From Pseudogymnoascus verrucosus (taxonomy: Eukaryota): a stretch of 64,000 nucleotides of DNA. Location: the NCBI GenBank assembly GCA_001662655.1, contig KV460209.1; one strand, written 5' to 3'. Below the pieces are notes generated by a model. It made no database searches. It saw nothing but the letters and a program-made list of their open reading frames with translations, and was not told the DNA's origin. Positions 34,148 through 47,034 of the stretch are shown piece by piece. The position numbers and the translations under genes were made by a program. Every line of letters begins with the position of its first letter. Positions within the stretch are counted from its first letter, which is position 1.

Positions 34148-36402
34148 TCAGCAACGCTCAAATACGCGGTAAAGCCCCTTAAGATTTGCGACTTCCAGCA
34201 CCGCCCCCTTCATCAGCGCCTTGGTAGCAATCAATCTCCCAGAGAACGCTGGGAACAGCTTCTCCTCCACAGCTTTTCTGACCACATTCCTCCGCTGCTT
34301 GATTTCCTCATCAATGTCCTCTTCACTCCCTTCTCCTTGGCTTGGAGGGAGCTGTTCTGGAACATAGAAATCTGCTAGCTCACGCAGAAACGTGTCAAAA
34401 CACATTTTCTCGTCCGTCCAGTTAACATGTGGCCCTAAACGCATCAAGAAGCGTGGCAGTTTCGCAAGACTGGGGGTATATCCTTTCATCAGTAACGGTA
34501 TGCTGATCAGATCTCCTTCTGGAGAAATCTCGATCGTGAAGTACTCGAGCAGCATTTCTCTCCTCTCAATAAGCTGTGCGCTAACAACCTCTACTACCTC
34601 TTCGATATCGAATTCGTCTTCCTCGCAGGCAGGTTGCATCCTCTCTTTCTCATGGGCCGCCGCAATCCTGAGCAGGTCTTGGATTTTCGGCGGAGCTTCA
34701 AACCGAATGGCACCGAAGTTCCCGAAATCTGTCAACCCAAGTTGATAGAAGTATTCGGACGACACCATGCCATAGTCAACCAGGAATAATTTAACTCCAG
34801 ACTGCATAGCTGCCAAGCGCCGCCTCTCATCGACGATGCCGACGAAAGTATGGCTGGCAAACATCTCTGTTAAGTTATTGTGCATTTCATCCCGAACAGT
34901 TGCCCGTAGTTCCTTGATGGTGACCAAGCGGCAGGTTACCGGTTCACGGTCAGAGTGTTCATACTCCATCTCGTTGCTAGATAACTGCGCCCCTTGGGGA
35001 AGGTTTGCTGCCTCTGCCCCTCCAGAACCTGGTGTGAGCATGGTTGTGATCTTTCTGAGCTTCGCATCAGTCCGCACAAGATTATTCTCGTAGAGTTTCT
35101 GTGTTGATTTTGGAACCGGCGTGCTTGGGTTCTCTCCGCCCGCAGTCCCGCTGGGTGCTCGCGCTCCAGGCAGAAGGCTCTGTGTCATGAATGTCCGGCT
35201 TGTATCGATATTCGCCAACTTGACGCGGATATCGATGCATATCTGCTCAATAATCTCATCCTCGTTGAGGAAGTTAACTTCCCTTTTGGTGGGATGCACA
35301 TTGACATCCACACGTTGAGGATCGATTTCCAGGCTCAGGTATGTAAACGGGTGGCCTCCTTTGGGTAAAAATGTCGAGTATGTTTGCTCGATAGCCTTCC
35401 GGATATTTGAAGACTCGACGCAACGGTGGTTAATGAAAAGAAGAAGGGTAGTCTTCTTGACGTGATAATTGGCATTTGTAGTCCATCCATTTGCCACAAA
35501 TCCAAAACGGCTCTCCGCAGAGCTGAACTCGACCAACTCGTTCGCAACAGCACTGCCGTGTATTTGGCGTATGCGCTCTGTCGTGGATGCGTTTTGTGAA
35601 ACGGACAAGGAGGTACTTGATTCACCATGTTTCTTGCAGCTGAATGAAACACCAGAACAATGGACGGCATATCTACCTACCATATCCAGAATTTTATTGT
35701 ACTCCTCAGAAGCAGACCGGAAGGCCCTCCGCCGCGTCGGAATATTGTAGAACAGGTCTTCCACAGTAATCTGCGTACCTTGTCGACCAGCCACAGGCTT
35801 TGGTTCCGCCGACTGCCCAGGCTTGGGAGGAGATAGCTTGCAGCTTGCGTAGCTTGCTCGATACGCACAGTTTGAATCCTTCGTCCTCGTAGTGACGGTT
35901 AGATGGGCAATGTAACTAATACTGGCAAGAGCTTCGCCTCTGAAGCCATAGGTGCCAATTGAAGTCAGGTCCTCGAAGGATTTCAGTTTCGAGGTTGTAA
36001 ACCTTTCGCACAGGATAGACAAATCTTCTTTCTGATACAAATTAGTTTTCTTGTCATAACAGGCTTTCTACAGCTGCATACATCTATGCCATGGCCATTG
36101 TCTGTGATCTGCAGGAGCTTCAGACCGCCATCTTTGACAATGACATCGAGCGCCGTTGACCCAGCATCGACCGAGTTCTCTATCAACTCCTTCAAAGCAT
36201 GGACCGGAGCTACGATAATTTCACCAGCTGCGATTTTATTCACCACATCGGGATTGAGTGCCTTCAGCAAGTTAGATTTGAACGCCACAGTAGGATTGGC
36301 GGGGCCTACCTTGATCCTTCGAGGAGGCGAGGCATCCAACGGAACATCATCCGCTTTCCTCTTGGAACCTGTGGGTGGAGTCTCCACAGAGTCGATTTCC
36401 AT
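34148..36402 (-). CDS. MLH1: DNA mismatch repair protein Mlh1; introns 36309-36262 and 36081-36032
   Basis: IAAGEII, KELIENSVDA, DNGHGI, GFRGEAL, DVNVHPTK, C-terminal FERC. Confidence 0.97.
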
Positions 36403-36980
36403 CTTTATCGTGATATTTCAACCCTCTAAGCTGAGATTTGGCCCTGAAATCACGCGCAGAAGGAAATGGGGTCTCCCAGGGACCTCAGGCCATTCCTCCC
36501 ATACAATAATTCGACGCGTCGGCCTGGATTGAGGGGTTATTTTATCAAAGGTATAATATACCCATGCGCATCCCACTGCTTTTTTATCGCAAACCCAAAT
36601 ATACCTATTTTTTTTCTCACGCGTCTCGAATGTACCGCGTGGAAATGCTGCGAACGGGTTGTCATCGTCATACAGTACCCTCCGGCCGCTAGCGCTGCAA
36701 GGGGGGCGGCGATCAGTGACATATCACAGCCTCGCGTTATCTGGGGATTTCCTTCGAGCTATCCATACTACTATTGTATAGTTATATGTATGATTTGGCG
36801 TCACCCAAACGTCTCTATTACGGTCTCTTCCTGTCGGATACTATTACAATCATTTGAGCGTCGGGGGTTCTGCTTACAAGGTTACGTTGGGACAACAGGG
36901 AGCTCCGCACGCCCTTCGACGGTGCCGCATGCGGTTGGGAGCAACAACTTACCCAGCAGCGCTCGAGACGACATGGGATA

Positions 36981-39299
36981 ATGGCCCCCTCAACACGAAT
37001 ATTCCCGGGCGATGAAGAACTAGGGAAACGAGACGATGACCACAAAGTACGGTCGAAGCCTATCGCTGGGTGGCATTACCGACGATGGCTGCTCCGGAGG
37101 AACATGAAGCGAATTGGCCTCACTCTGGTGGCTCTTATCGCATTATACTATTTCGTCAAAAACATACCAACAGATCTGAAGCAGCCTTCAATAAGGCCGT
37201 CCTACGGCCACTCCCCGTCGGGGGGTGGTGGGATGTCCGGATTGCAACCACCTTCACCCGAAAAGACACAAGCAGCACCAACGGGCGATGAACTTGACGG
37301 AGAGAAGCATTGGTATAATGGACCCATTAAATTCTACGAACTGGCAACCTCGTTGTATTTGATAAATAGTAACGGGAGAACCGACTTCAACAAGAACGTT
37401 GTCTTTGCCGCTGCCAATCTGAAGAGCGCCGCGACCTTGCTGCCTCTTGCATGTGAGATGGCAAGATGGAAAAGAAATGAAGTTCACTTTGCCCTGATGG
37501 GCCGAGAGGATATCCCGATGAAGACCCTGGAAAAAATCAATGGAATTACCGCAGATTGCAACATTCGGATGCATGGTATGAAGTTGAATATCCGTTTTAT
37601 GACTGGTGGCTAATACCTGTTCTGTTCTAGATGCGCGACCTGATTATCGCCCAGAAAGTACCGACTTTAGAATGGAAGTTAGCAGTGGAGCTGCATTGGG
37701 CCATATCAACAACTATATGCACCCGCAAGCCGTCATTGTGGACGGTTCTGGCACTGAAGAGGAGTATTTTCTCAGAGGGGTAAGAGATCGATCTATAGAA
37801 CTCGGAAAAACCCTCATTGAGCTTCCATATAATGCCGAGCAAAGCTTGATATGGCTTACGAGGCTGGATAGCTGGTCTTTGAATGGTACGTCACCCAAGA
37901 ATAGCTTATACGAATATCCTGTTAACAACATTTAGCATATAACAAAATCAGTATCGATATACTGATTCACGCCCAGCCTGCAGCATCCGGATCATTAATA
38001 AGGCTCTTAACGTCATTGAAGAAGGCGGATTATTTCGGGTCCGCCCCTCCCCGCCTGACGATCGAGTTGCCCAATGATGTTGATGAATTTGCAACCCGAT
38101 TCCTGGCGCACTCGTTCAGCTGGCCACCATCAGAGCTTCCCGTGCAGGGGAGCGCCCAACAACTTACACTACGTCGGCGTATACCGCACGAGAGACTGAC
38201 TGCCGAGGAAAGCTCTATCCGCTTCCTGGAGTCTTTCTGGCCGGCGAATCGATTCACGTCGCACGTCCTGGTCCTCTCTCCCCAGGTTGAATTGTCGCCA
38301 CTCTATTATCACTATCTCAAGTATGCGCTTTTAGAATATAAATACTCCTCAGCAGCCGCCTCCTCAATGATGTCCCACGAAGACCTCTTGGGTATCTCCC
38401 TGGATCTCCCCTCGACCTACCTCAATGATACTACGCCCTTCACAGCGCCACCGAACCCCGCATCAGCGAAGGCCCCAGAAGCTAACGGCCCATCCTTTCT
38501 CTGGGGCTCTCCAAACAGCAATGCAGCTCTCTACTTCGGCGACAAATGGACTGAGCTCCACACCCTCGTCTCACACTCGCTCAGCTCCGCCTCTTCCGCA
38601 CCCAAGAAACGCATCAGCACCTCCTACCCATCTTGGCTCGAGTACATCCTCACTCTATCTAACTCCCGCGGCTACTCGATGCTGTACCCCCAGCTGACAG
38701 CTGGCGACGCCCTCGCCACTGTGCACAATGAACTCTACCAGCCACCTGAAGAATTCGACAAGCCAAAGTCGGAAACCGACACGACGGCAGAGGATGGCAA
38801 CTTCACAGCCGACCCGGCACAGCATCTAAGCTTGCAGCACAAGGAGTTTCCACTGGCACATTCGAACCTAGTTAATATGCTCCCTGACAACCAGGTGCTA
38901 GCGCCGCTACACACCATCCCGTTGTTGACCTGGGATGGGAGGGTAGTGGATAGGTTTGATCTCGGTGATGAGGCGGAGGAATTCAGTGCGAAATTCCGGC
39001 GCGAGGTGGGTGGTTGCAAAAAGCCTGTCCCAGCTAAGACAAGGCTCGTGAATGTGGGCGTGGAGAACCTATTCTGTGATGGAGGCGAGGAAGATGAGGT
39101 GCCTGATAAGGCAGCCGACAAAGCGACTGATGAAGCCGATAATAAGGCATCTAAAGAGGCACTTGATGACGAGGATGTAGAGCCCACTGAGACGGAAGAG
39201 AGTCATAGCACAACGCCTGCTCACTCCCACTCCACCGAAACGGCTGCCGAGGGGCATATGAATGCAAACCAGGAAGAGGGGATAATCGTCGGGACATGA
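36981..39299 (+). CDS. Type II membrane glycosyltransferase-like protein; introns 37576-37630 and 37886-37935
   Basis: N-terminal signal anchor (IGLTLVALIALYYFV); spliced HDARPDY; GT-A-like region (SLIRLLTSLKKADY, ESFWP, VELSPLYYHYL). Confidence 0.65.
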
Positions 39300-39655
39300 T
39301 GAATATAACGAACTGTACTGTATGTATTATCTGAGTCTGTACTTTTTTGGTTAGCATGTACTGGAGACACCGCTTGCCCCTGGTAGGAAGGCACTGCATG
39401 TATTTTTTTCCCGACAGACTATGAGCATAGAGCTCATAGTCGAGTCTAGGCTAGTTATGCCAAAGCACTGTTTTTTTCGAAATGCAATATCACATAGAAG
39501 CATCAAGTAGTGAAAATATTAGTCATCTATTTTTTTTATAAAGCAGATGACACGGCCCCTCCCATTCGACGGTCAACCAATGTCTAGGGCTAGCTTATAG
39601 TACAGTGTATCATATTGTGTTCCAGCGCCCTCCCAAACCCTTGTCAACGCCCCGT

Positions 39656-42543
39656 TCAGCTCGTCGTATCATCCCACTCTGGGTTCTATTTGCATATTAG
39701 TTAAAAGGCCTTTGTAAATAGCTAGAGATTGCTTACCTTTCTTAAAATAACCAGGCCCTCCAGCGTGCTCGACAAGCTGATGTACTGCTCGTCCTCCAAC
39801 TCAGCCCTCTCACCATACGCCAATAGCACTGGCGTGCTCTGTGTCTGCCAACCAGTGATGGTCTTCGGTCGTCCGGCCTGGCCAACAACATCGACAGCCT
39901 GGCCGACGCGTACGTTGACGGTCAAAGGCTTCAGGTTCTCGTCGAGAGTAACGAGGAAGCGTGGGTGCATTGACGTGACCAGGAAGTACAGGAGGTAATG
40001 CGAGTCCTTGGTGATGAACAACTTGGAATCGATCATGGCGACCAGAACCGCCAGCAAGCCGGCAGTGGAGACGCTCGACAGAACTTGCCTATCAGTGTGG
40101 AAGGGGTTGACCGAAAGGGTGCCCTTGCCCATGTGCAACAGGCCCTGAGCAATGCGAACCATGAAGAGTGATTCGGCGTCACGGTGGTAGTAGCTGGCGA
40201 GTTGGCGCAGGAGCTGAGCCAATCTTGCGTTGTTGGTACCCGCGCCAACAAGACCCATGGAGAAGATAGCATTAATGGCGACATCATTATCATTGTCGTG
40301 GCTGTATCTGGAAAGGGTGTCGTAGATCTTCATCTGTGGGTTGCTGGGGCTGATCAGACCCATGGCCAGAGGAACAGCCTTGCGGATGTTGGGCTCTCCG
40401 TAATGCATCAAGTGTCCAAACTGGCGGAGGACCATCTCCTGACCGACTTCTTCTCCCATCGCAACTAAGGCAAGGCCGATAACGGCATATGCTTGCAACA
40501 GCTCGTCGCCCTTCTTGTCGTCGCTATCCTCGATGTGGTCGTTACAGATGTGGAGCAGCTCCTGGAGCTTCAGCACGGTGCCTGTTCCCGCCCAGGCGCA
40601 GATCTCGGCCAGAACCGATGTTGGCTTGGACATTGGGTGGTCGATGGCCTTCAGCGTCTCCAGAATAACGTCAACCTCCTCCTGGCGGTTGAAGAAAAGC
40701 AGGCCAAGTCCAAGAGCCATGAACCTGGTCCACTTATCCTTCAGCTGGTGCTTGCGGTCATCATCGAGGAAAGTTTGAACAATAGCCTCGCTGACATCGC
40801 TATTCGAAGAGCCAACGAAGATAAGACCAAGCGACAACGCAGCCATGGCTGAAGTCTGCATGTCCAAAGAAGTATCTCCGACAAGCGGCAACAGCAGAGC
40901 CAGGAGCTCATCCTTGTTCGACCCAGCATATGCCAAGCCCAATCCCATAATAGCAGAGACTCTGATTAGAGGCTCCTTGTGGTTAAGCTTATCCGAGTCG
41001 CCAAGCAGAGCCAATGCGGGATCGGAATCCAGACGCACGCCACTGTTGACAATACCAGTGGCCAACAATGCACCTGCTTGGATCTCGGCCTCCTCGGCGT
41101 ATGTGTAGCGATCAATCTTGTCCAAACCAGCCTCGACATCCCACAAGAGGAGGGTACCCATGGAGGCAACCGTTGAAAGCTGGCCCTCCTTCTTCGTCTT
41201 CCATACCCAGCTGGATTGCTGCTCTTCCACCAACATCATCTTATCGTTTCCGAATCCTGCGTTGACGAAGGCATTGACAAAGCTGGCCGCCAAGTTGTGT
41301 GCCGCGGAGGTGGTGTTTGTAGTACCAGCAACCCGGGTGCTCTCGAGATGGCTCTTGTAGATATCCTCTGTGGACTTTGGGTCCAGAATGTTTAACTCCT
41401 TACCCAAAGCCTTGAAGTGCTCTGGCAGCTTGATGTTGTTGAGACAGTCAGCAATCTCTTGCTCCTCCTCGGTTTCCGTTGGCACATCCAGCCAGATTTG
41501 TTGTCTCGCGATCAGGAACGCCATCTGCTTCTTGAGCGCCACATCGTCGGTCGAATCGAAATCCGAGCGAATCAACTCGATGTCGTTTAACCTAATAGCC
41601 AAGACGATCGCCTTTGTGAGTTGGTTGTATTTCTTGTAGATATCGTGTGCAGTGCGGAGGAATTGCTGGTCTTCCGGGTAGGTCAATAGGTTGACCATGC
41701 TGACCATATACAAACAGACGCGTGGGTAGGTGTTCTCATCCAGGTACTTCGGAAGGTCCTCTATTATCTCAAGCTCGCTCATCAAATCCACAGCGTCGGC
41801 CTCGGCGTTGCTCTTGAGGAATAATGGGACCAGAACCAGGGCCAAGTCGATCAGGTCCTGGCTAGGCTCATCGTTTGTTAATCTCTTCGGGTACACCTCA
41901 CCGATCTCCAACGCCAGATGCCTAGTATATTCGTGGCCCCAGGACTCGATATCTGCCGTCGGTGCTAGCAATCTGTACTTGAGTGTGTCCTGTCTGTCCT
42001 CGTCCGAAAACGTCATTCCGATAACAGAGATCACGTCCGCCAGAGAGGTCTTGTTATCGCCCTCATCCCACTGCTCGTACAGCTTGATCATCGGCTCGTA
42101 GTGCGGCCTGAGGAATTTGAGGGGTTTCGGTACCGCGGTCATCGAAGATGTCGAGGTTTTGATGGAGTCTTTGATCGCTTCCAGTGACGGCTTATACAGA
42201 TCTGTGTCTGGCTCCTACAACGCCGTCAGTACGAGAACCATTATCATTGAGGCCCAGGAATATAATTTACCGTCAGGCGCTCCACGAGCATGTCTAGTTC
42301 GCCCTTCAGCTGCTGGTCCTCCTCGTTGAGATCCTCCCCTGTGGCAAACAGTCAGTATGTTGTAAACACTGGAGTGGTGGCAGGCAGCCTCGTCATACCT
42401 CCAACAACAGCCTCCTCCTTCCCATTAGCAAGCGGCTTGCCATCCTTATCCTTCTTCACCTCCTTCGGCTTGCCAGCATCGCCATCGACAGCCTTTCCCT
42501 TTCCCTTGTCGACCGAGTTGGGCGCCTCTGCGTCTTTCGCCAT
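39656..42543 (-). CDS. RPN1: 26S proteasome regulatory subunit Rpn1; introns 42398-42339, 42270-42215, 39736-39686
   Basis: SMTAVPKPLKFLRPHY, PC repeats, VRVGQAVDVVGQAGRPKTITG; short last exon NPEWDDTTS-stop. Confidence 0.96.
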
Positions 42544-42949
42544 CGTGGAAGCTCACAGAAATGGTAACCGTTCGATGTAGCGGACAGCGACGCAACTGAG
42601 GCGGAGATGAATCGAGTGGGGTTGTAATAAATAGACTTCGCTCTCTTAATATTTCGCAGAGCGTTTCCGAGGCAGGTAGATGTCAGAACGCGGAGGACTG
42701 AGGTGCGGATGGAGTTTATATGGGGTTTGGGGTTTCTAAGCTTCCGCGTGTAAATACACGCCTAGAGCTTCGCTCGCATCGTTCGTGAGAGGACCACACA
42801 TCCATTAAGTAAGCGGGCCCGTGCGCTAACCTGACAGGGGTGGCCTATCATGACCGCCCACGGCAGAAAAAGTCCACGACGACGATAATTGATCGTGTGT
42901 GAGAAGCCTCGAACCTGGCTCCGAAGACCTTCAAATAACAACCGCAAAT

Positions 42950-44348
42950 ATGAAGTTGGACACGAAATATATGCGCTATATCACCCAGGAGGACTGGAAA
43001 GTCCTCACTGCCGTAAGTCACACACCCACTTCCTCATCACCATGACCTGCCCCGCCACTGAACCCCTCCAACTAACATACTCCAGGTGGAAATGCTCTCA
43101 AAAAATCACGAAGTCGTTCCCACGAAATTAATTGGGCAACAATCTCACCTCGGCGGTAGCACCGCGCGCTCCATCTCCGCCCTAGCAAAAATCGGCTTGA
43201 TCGCCCGCCTGCGCAACGCAAAATACGACGGCTACCGCCTCACCTACGGCGGTCTCGACTACCTCGCACTCCACACGCACAACAACAAGAGCGCCGTCTA
43301 CAGCGTCGGCAACCAAATCGGCGTAGGCAAAGAATCCGACATCTTCGTCGTCGCCTCGCCGACCGGCCGTCAACTAGTCCTCAAGATCCACCGTCTCGGC
43401 CGTATCTCCTTCCGCACAGTCAAGGCAAACCGCGACTACCTGCGCAACAAGCAAGGCGGGTCGTGGATGTACATGTCCCGCCTCGCCGCGTTGAAAGAAT
43501 ACGCCTTCCTCGTCGCCCTCCGCGAGCACAACTTCCCCGTCCCCGAGCCCATCGCACAGTCCCGCCACACCCTCGTCATGTCCCTCATCGACGCCTTCCC
43601 CATGCGCCAAATCGCATCAGTCCCCGACCCAGCATCCCTATACGCCGAGCTAATCGCCATGATCCTGCGTCTGGCGCAGTACGGGCTCATCCACGGTGAT
43701 TTCAACGAGTTCAACATCCTCGTCGAGGAGAAGCCCGACCCAGCTGCCAAGGGCGGCGTCGCGCTCACTCCTATCCTTATCGATTTCCCGCAGATGGTGT
43801 CGGTGGATCACGCGAATGCGGAGTACTACTTTGACCGCGACGTGAACTGCATCAAGCGCTTCTTCAAGAGGAGGTTTCAGTTTACGCCTACGGAGGCTGG
43901 GCCGCACTTTGCGGATGCGAGGAAGCTGATTGGGAAGGATGGCGCGGTGAGGTTGGATGTGAATGTCGAAGCGAGTGGGTTCTCGAGGAAGCAGGCGAAG
44001 GAGTTGGAGGCATATATGAAGTCGGTGGGTGTAGATGGGGATGGGGATCCAAACGCTACTAGGGCCGATCTTGAGGAGGACGCTAATGGCGATGGCGATG
44101 ATGACGAGGAGGAGTCTGATTTTGTTGAGGAGGAGGAACCGGAAGCTAAGCCTGTGGCTAAAAAGGTATGGGCAGACGATGTCGAGTTTACGACAGACCG
44201 TCTGGGAAATACGGTGGAAGTTGTGAAAGAACCAGAAGCCGTGCCCGCGGAGAAAAAAGAATTGACAGACGATGTCGAGCATACGACAGACCCCTTGGGA
44301 AATACGGTGGAGGTTTTGAAGACTCTGAGCGTCGATGATAAAACATGA
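42950..44348 (+). CDS. RIO2: Atypical Ser/Thr kinase Rio2; intron 43013-43085
   Basis: MKLD..DWKVLTA|VEMLSKNHEVVP winged-helix start, YDGYRLTYGGLDYLAL, IGVGKESDI, IHGDFNEFN, IDFPQM. Confidence 0.95.
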
Positions 44349-45034
44349 GGAGTTTACTATTATCATGGTTGGAATACTTTTTAAAGGGCCGCGAGCACTT
44401 CACATGGTTCATCCACATTCAGGATCCAGGACGCTATCACGCACAGCTCTCCGTGTCAAGAAGGGTTGTAAGTAACTTGGTCACAATTGCGAGTCAAAAG
44501 GCAGCAAATGCAAGATTGATAAGCAAGTTTTTATAGCTAATTAGCTAGAGGATCAGCGAGTACATCATCGTGGGTGGGAAGACCACAACCACGGGAAAAA
44601 ATAAAGCGCCGAAGGAAACTACAAGCAAGGATGCACCTTTGATACTTCGTGACCACCTGCAATCGCCTGTTCGATCCTTCTACTAATGAATGATTGCGTG
44701 CAAATCGCTTTTGATGAAATGCCATACCCTTCTTGAAGTATGTCCTCCTGCAGTAGACCCGATGCCACATGGCCGCCTATGATACACAGCTGAACTCCCA
44801 AGCTTTTGATGGACATTACGTATGTATTGAGGTAGGTATGATCCGTAAGGCTATGCGCCTAGATGAATATTCGAGGGGTATAATGCCGTGAGTATGAGTA
44901 TGAAGGTCGTTGGATGCGTAAAACTGAACGTGGGCTCTTGAACTCCACGAAATATATGCTGTTCTTGATAACATAAGACTGTTCCTTCTCTTTAGTTTGC
45001 AGCCGCAAGTGGTAGTTATCATGCCAAAGTCGCA

Positions 45035-47034
45035 TCAAACCCGAACTGGAGATAAACAATTAATAGTAGCGCCCTCATCAGCTGAGTCGTCGTCAGACAC
45101 CGTTGGAGTGGAACGTTCTTCCTGTCTGATTCAAATACTTAGTCATGTAACGTAGCAATATGATGGGCCGAAGCTATACATACTGCTCGGAGCCCTCCTG
45201 TTTGCTTGGTGTAAGGATAGTCTGGGTAACACGGGTGTCAAGGTCCTTGAATGCAGAGCCAGGAGCGGAAGCTCCATCAGACGACCTGCAGGTTCGTTAA
45301 TATCACTGCTTCTTTAAGAGAGAGCCACACTGACCCAGTATTATCCGAAGAAGATCCATTTCTCTTCCATGACCCAACATTCTTCAATTGGGGGAGGTGG
45401 CCAGATATTTGAGCCATGCGCGTAACCCCGGCGGATGCTATTAGAGGGGAGAGGTTGGCAGCATCCGCGGGGCTGCCATAAGCACTCACATTGTACTCAG
45501 TGGTGCGAAACTGGCGTCTCTCAGTCGTGACTTTCTTGAGGTCTTTCTGCGCTGGCGTATCGGCATAGCGGACCTGCATAAGAAGACCCTCCAGGCCTAC
45601 AGGAGTTCCGTGGAACGTTCTGATAATCTCCTCGCAAATTTCACGGCTCTCGAAACTAAATAACCATGAGCAACTGGTTCCCAATTTAGGTATATGGAGG
45701 ATCCTCACCGTGCAAATCCAACACCACGACTGTTGCCCTGAGAATCGTGCAAAATTCTGCTCGAGACCACATTGTAATCCATGAAGGTAGCAGCAAGCTC
45801 CGTCTCATTCATGTCCTTTGGCAAGTTCGAAACGTACAGGTTGGTGGAGCTGTGGTCGCCCTTTGCTTTCAAACGTGAATTGAACGACTCCTATGAAGGA
45901 TTAGCTGGGGTATAATGTTTTCAAAACAGTATGCATTACCCTGGCAAAACCGACTTCATATCCCTTAGCGAAGAATCCACGGATGCACTTCTCAGAGTCA
46001 CGGACATCAAAGTATTTGGCAAAACCGAAGCTGTGAGACTTAGTAAATATGCATGTTATTCCCATGGGAGCGTCGACTTACCCTTTGCAAGTTCCAGTGC
46101 CGGTATCAATGATAGCCTTGGAAGTTTCCACACGACCGAAAAGGTTGGCATATGCGGCCAAGGTCTCATCATCAGTACCTGGATGAAGTCCACGAATGTA
46201 AACATTGCGATTGCCGTAGATCGGGCTGGACAAGCTTTGATCCAGAGTTCTCATGCTCTCTTGAGGAGTGAACACGGCCGGGACAGCATCTGGAATTATC
46301 TGGTTGATTGTGGCGGCGTTATAGTTGGCTGGAATAGACTTGTATGGCAGAGGCTTTCCCACCTGTGACATGTTCACGTTGTATGGTAACTGCGGTGACG
46401 GGGTTGAGTAGATCGGAGATCTATCCACAGTGGCAATAACAGTGCCGTGGTCACCGTGACCCAGAGAGCCATAGAATGGAGTTCCTGGGGCAGATTCATT
46501 GGTCGAGTAGGATCCTCGGCGATTATCAAGGCCTGGAACGTCCTTGTGCATGGCTCCCTGACGATCTGATAGATGACCTTGACGCGCCTGTGGATAAGGC
46601 ATCATGGCATAGCCAGGCATGTAGCTAGGATAACCGGCTTGGGTGCCATAAGGAAGGCCTGGAGCATATGTGGCATAACCGCCGTCTTGGAGCTGAGCAG
46701 TTGCAACCGACTGGGTAGGGTAGATATTGGCAGAAGGCATGCAAAAGAGCTGGCCCTCCTGCGTGAGGAAGTACTGTGGAGTATTGACACCCTGAATGGT
46801 GTTTGATGCAGCTGGGATAGTTCCATTTGGAACACCGATGTGAGCCTGAGCAAATGAACCAATCATGGACTGGAGGCCAATATCGTTCTGAGAAGCTCCA
46901 GCAGCCAGGTAGGCCCCAGGATGGGTTTGAGAAGCACGGGAGGCTTGAGCCTGCGAAGCTTGCTGAGCGTACATGACTGGACCACGATTGTTGTAAGAAC
47001 TGTCGGTCGCTGGTTGAAGCTGTTGGACCGGCAT
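45035..47034 (-). CDS. Two-RRM RNA-binding protein of the Spo5/Msa1/Rim4 (RBMS-like) group; introns 46081-46031, 45939-45891, 45708-45656, 45334-45286, 45183-45126; 5'UTR intron 47330-47041
   Basis: RNVYIRGL, spliced CKG|FGFAKY (RNP1), [30 protein letters not shown]-rich low-complexity N-terminus. Confidence 0.85.

Noticed and set aside
22098..42543. Functional cluster of ubiquitin-proteasome genes (UMP1, UBL3, UBA1, RPN1)
   Set aside because: Interspersed with unrelated genes and no shared motif I can support; chance cannot be excluded without synteny statistics.
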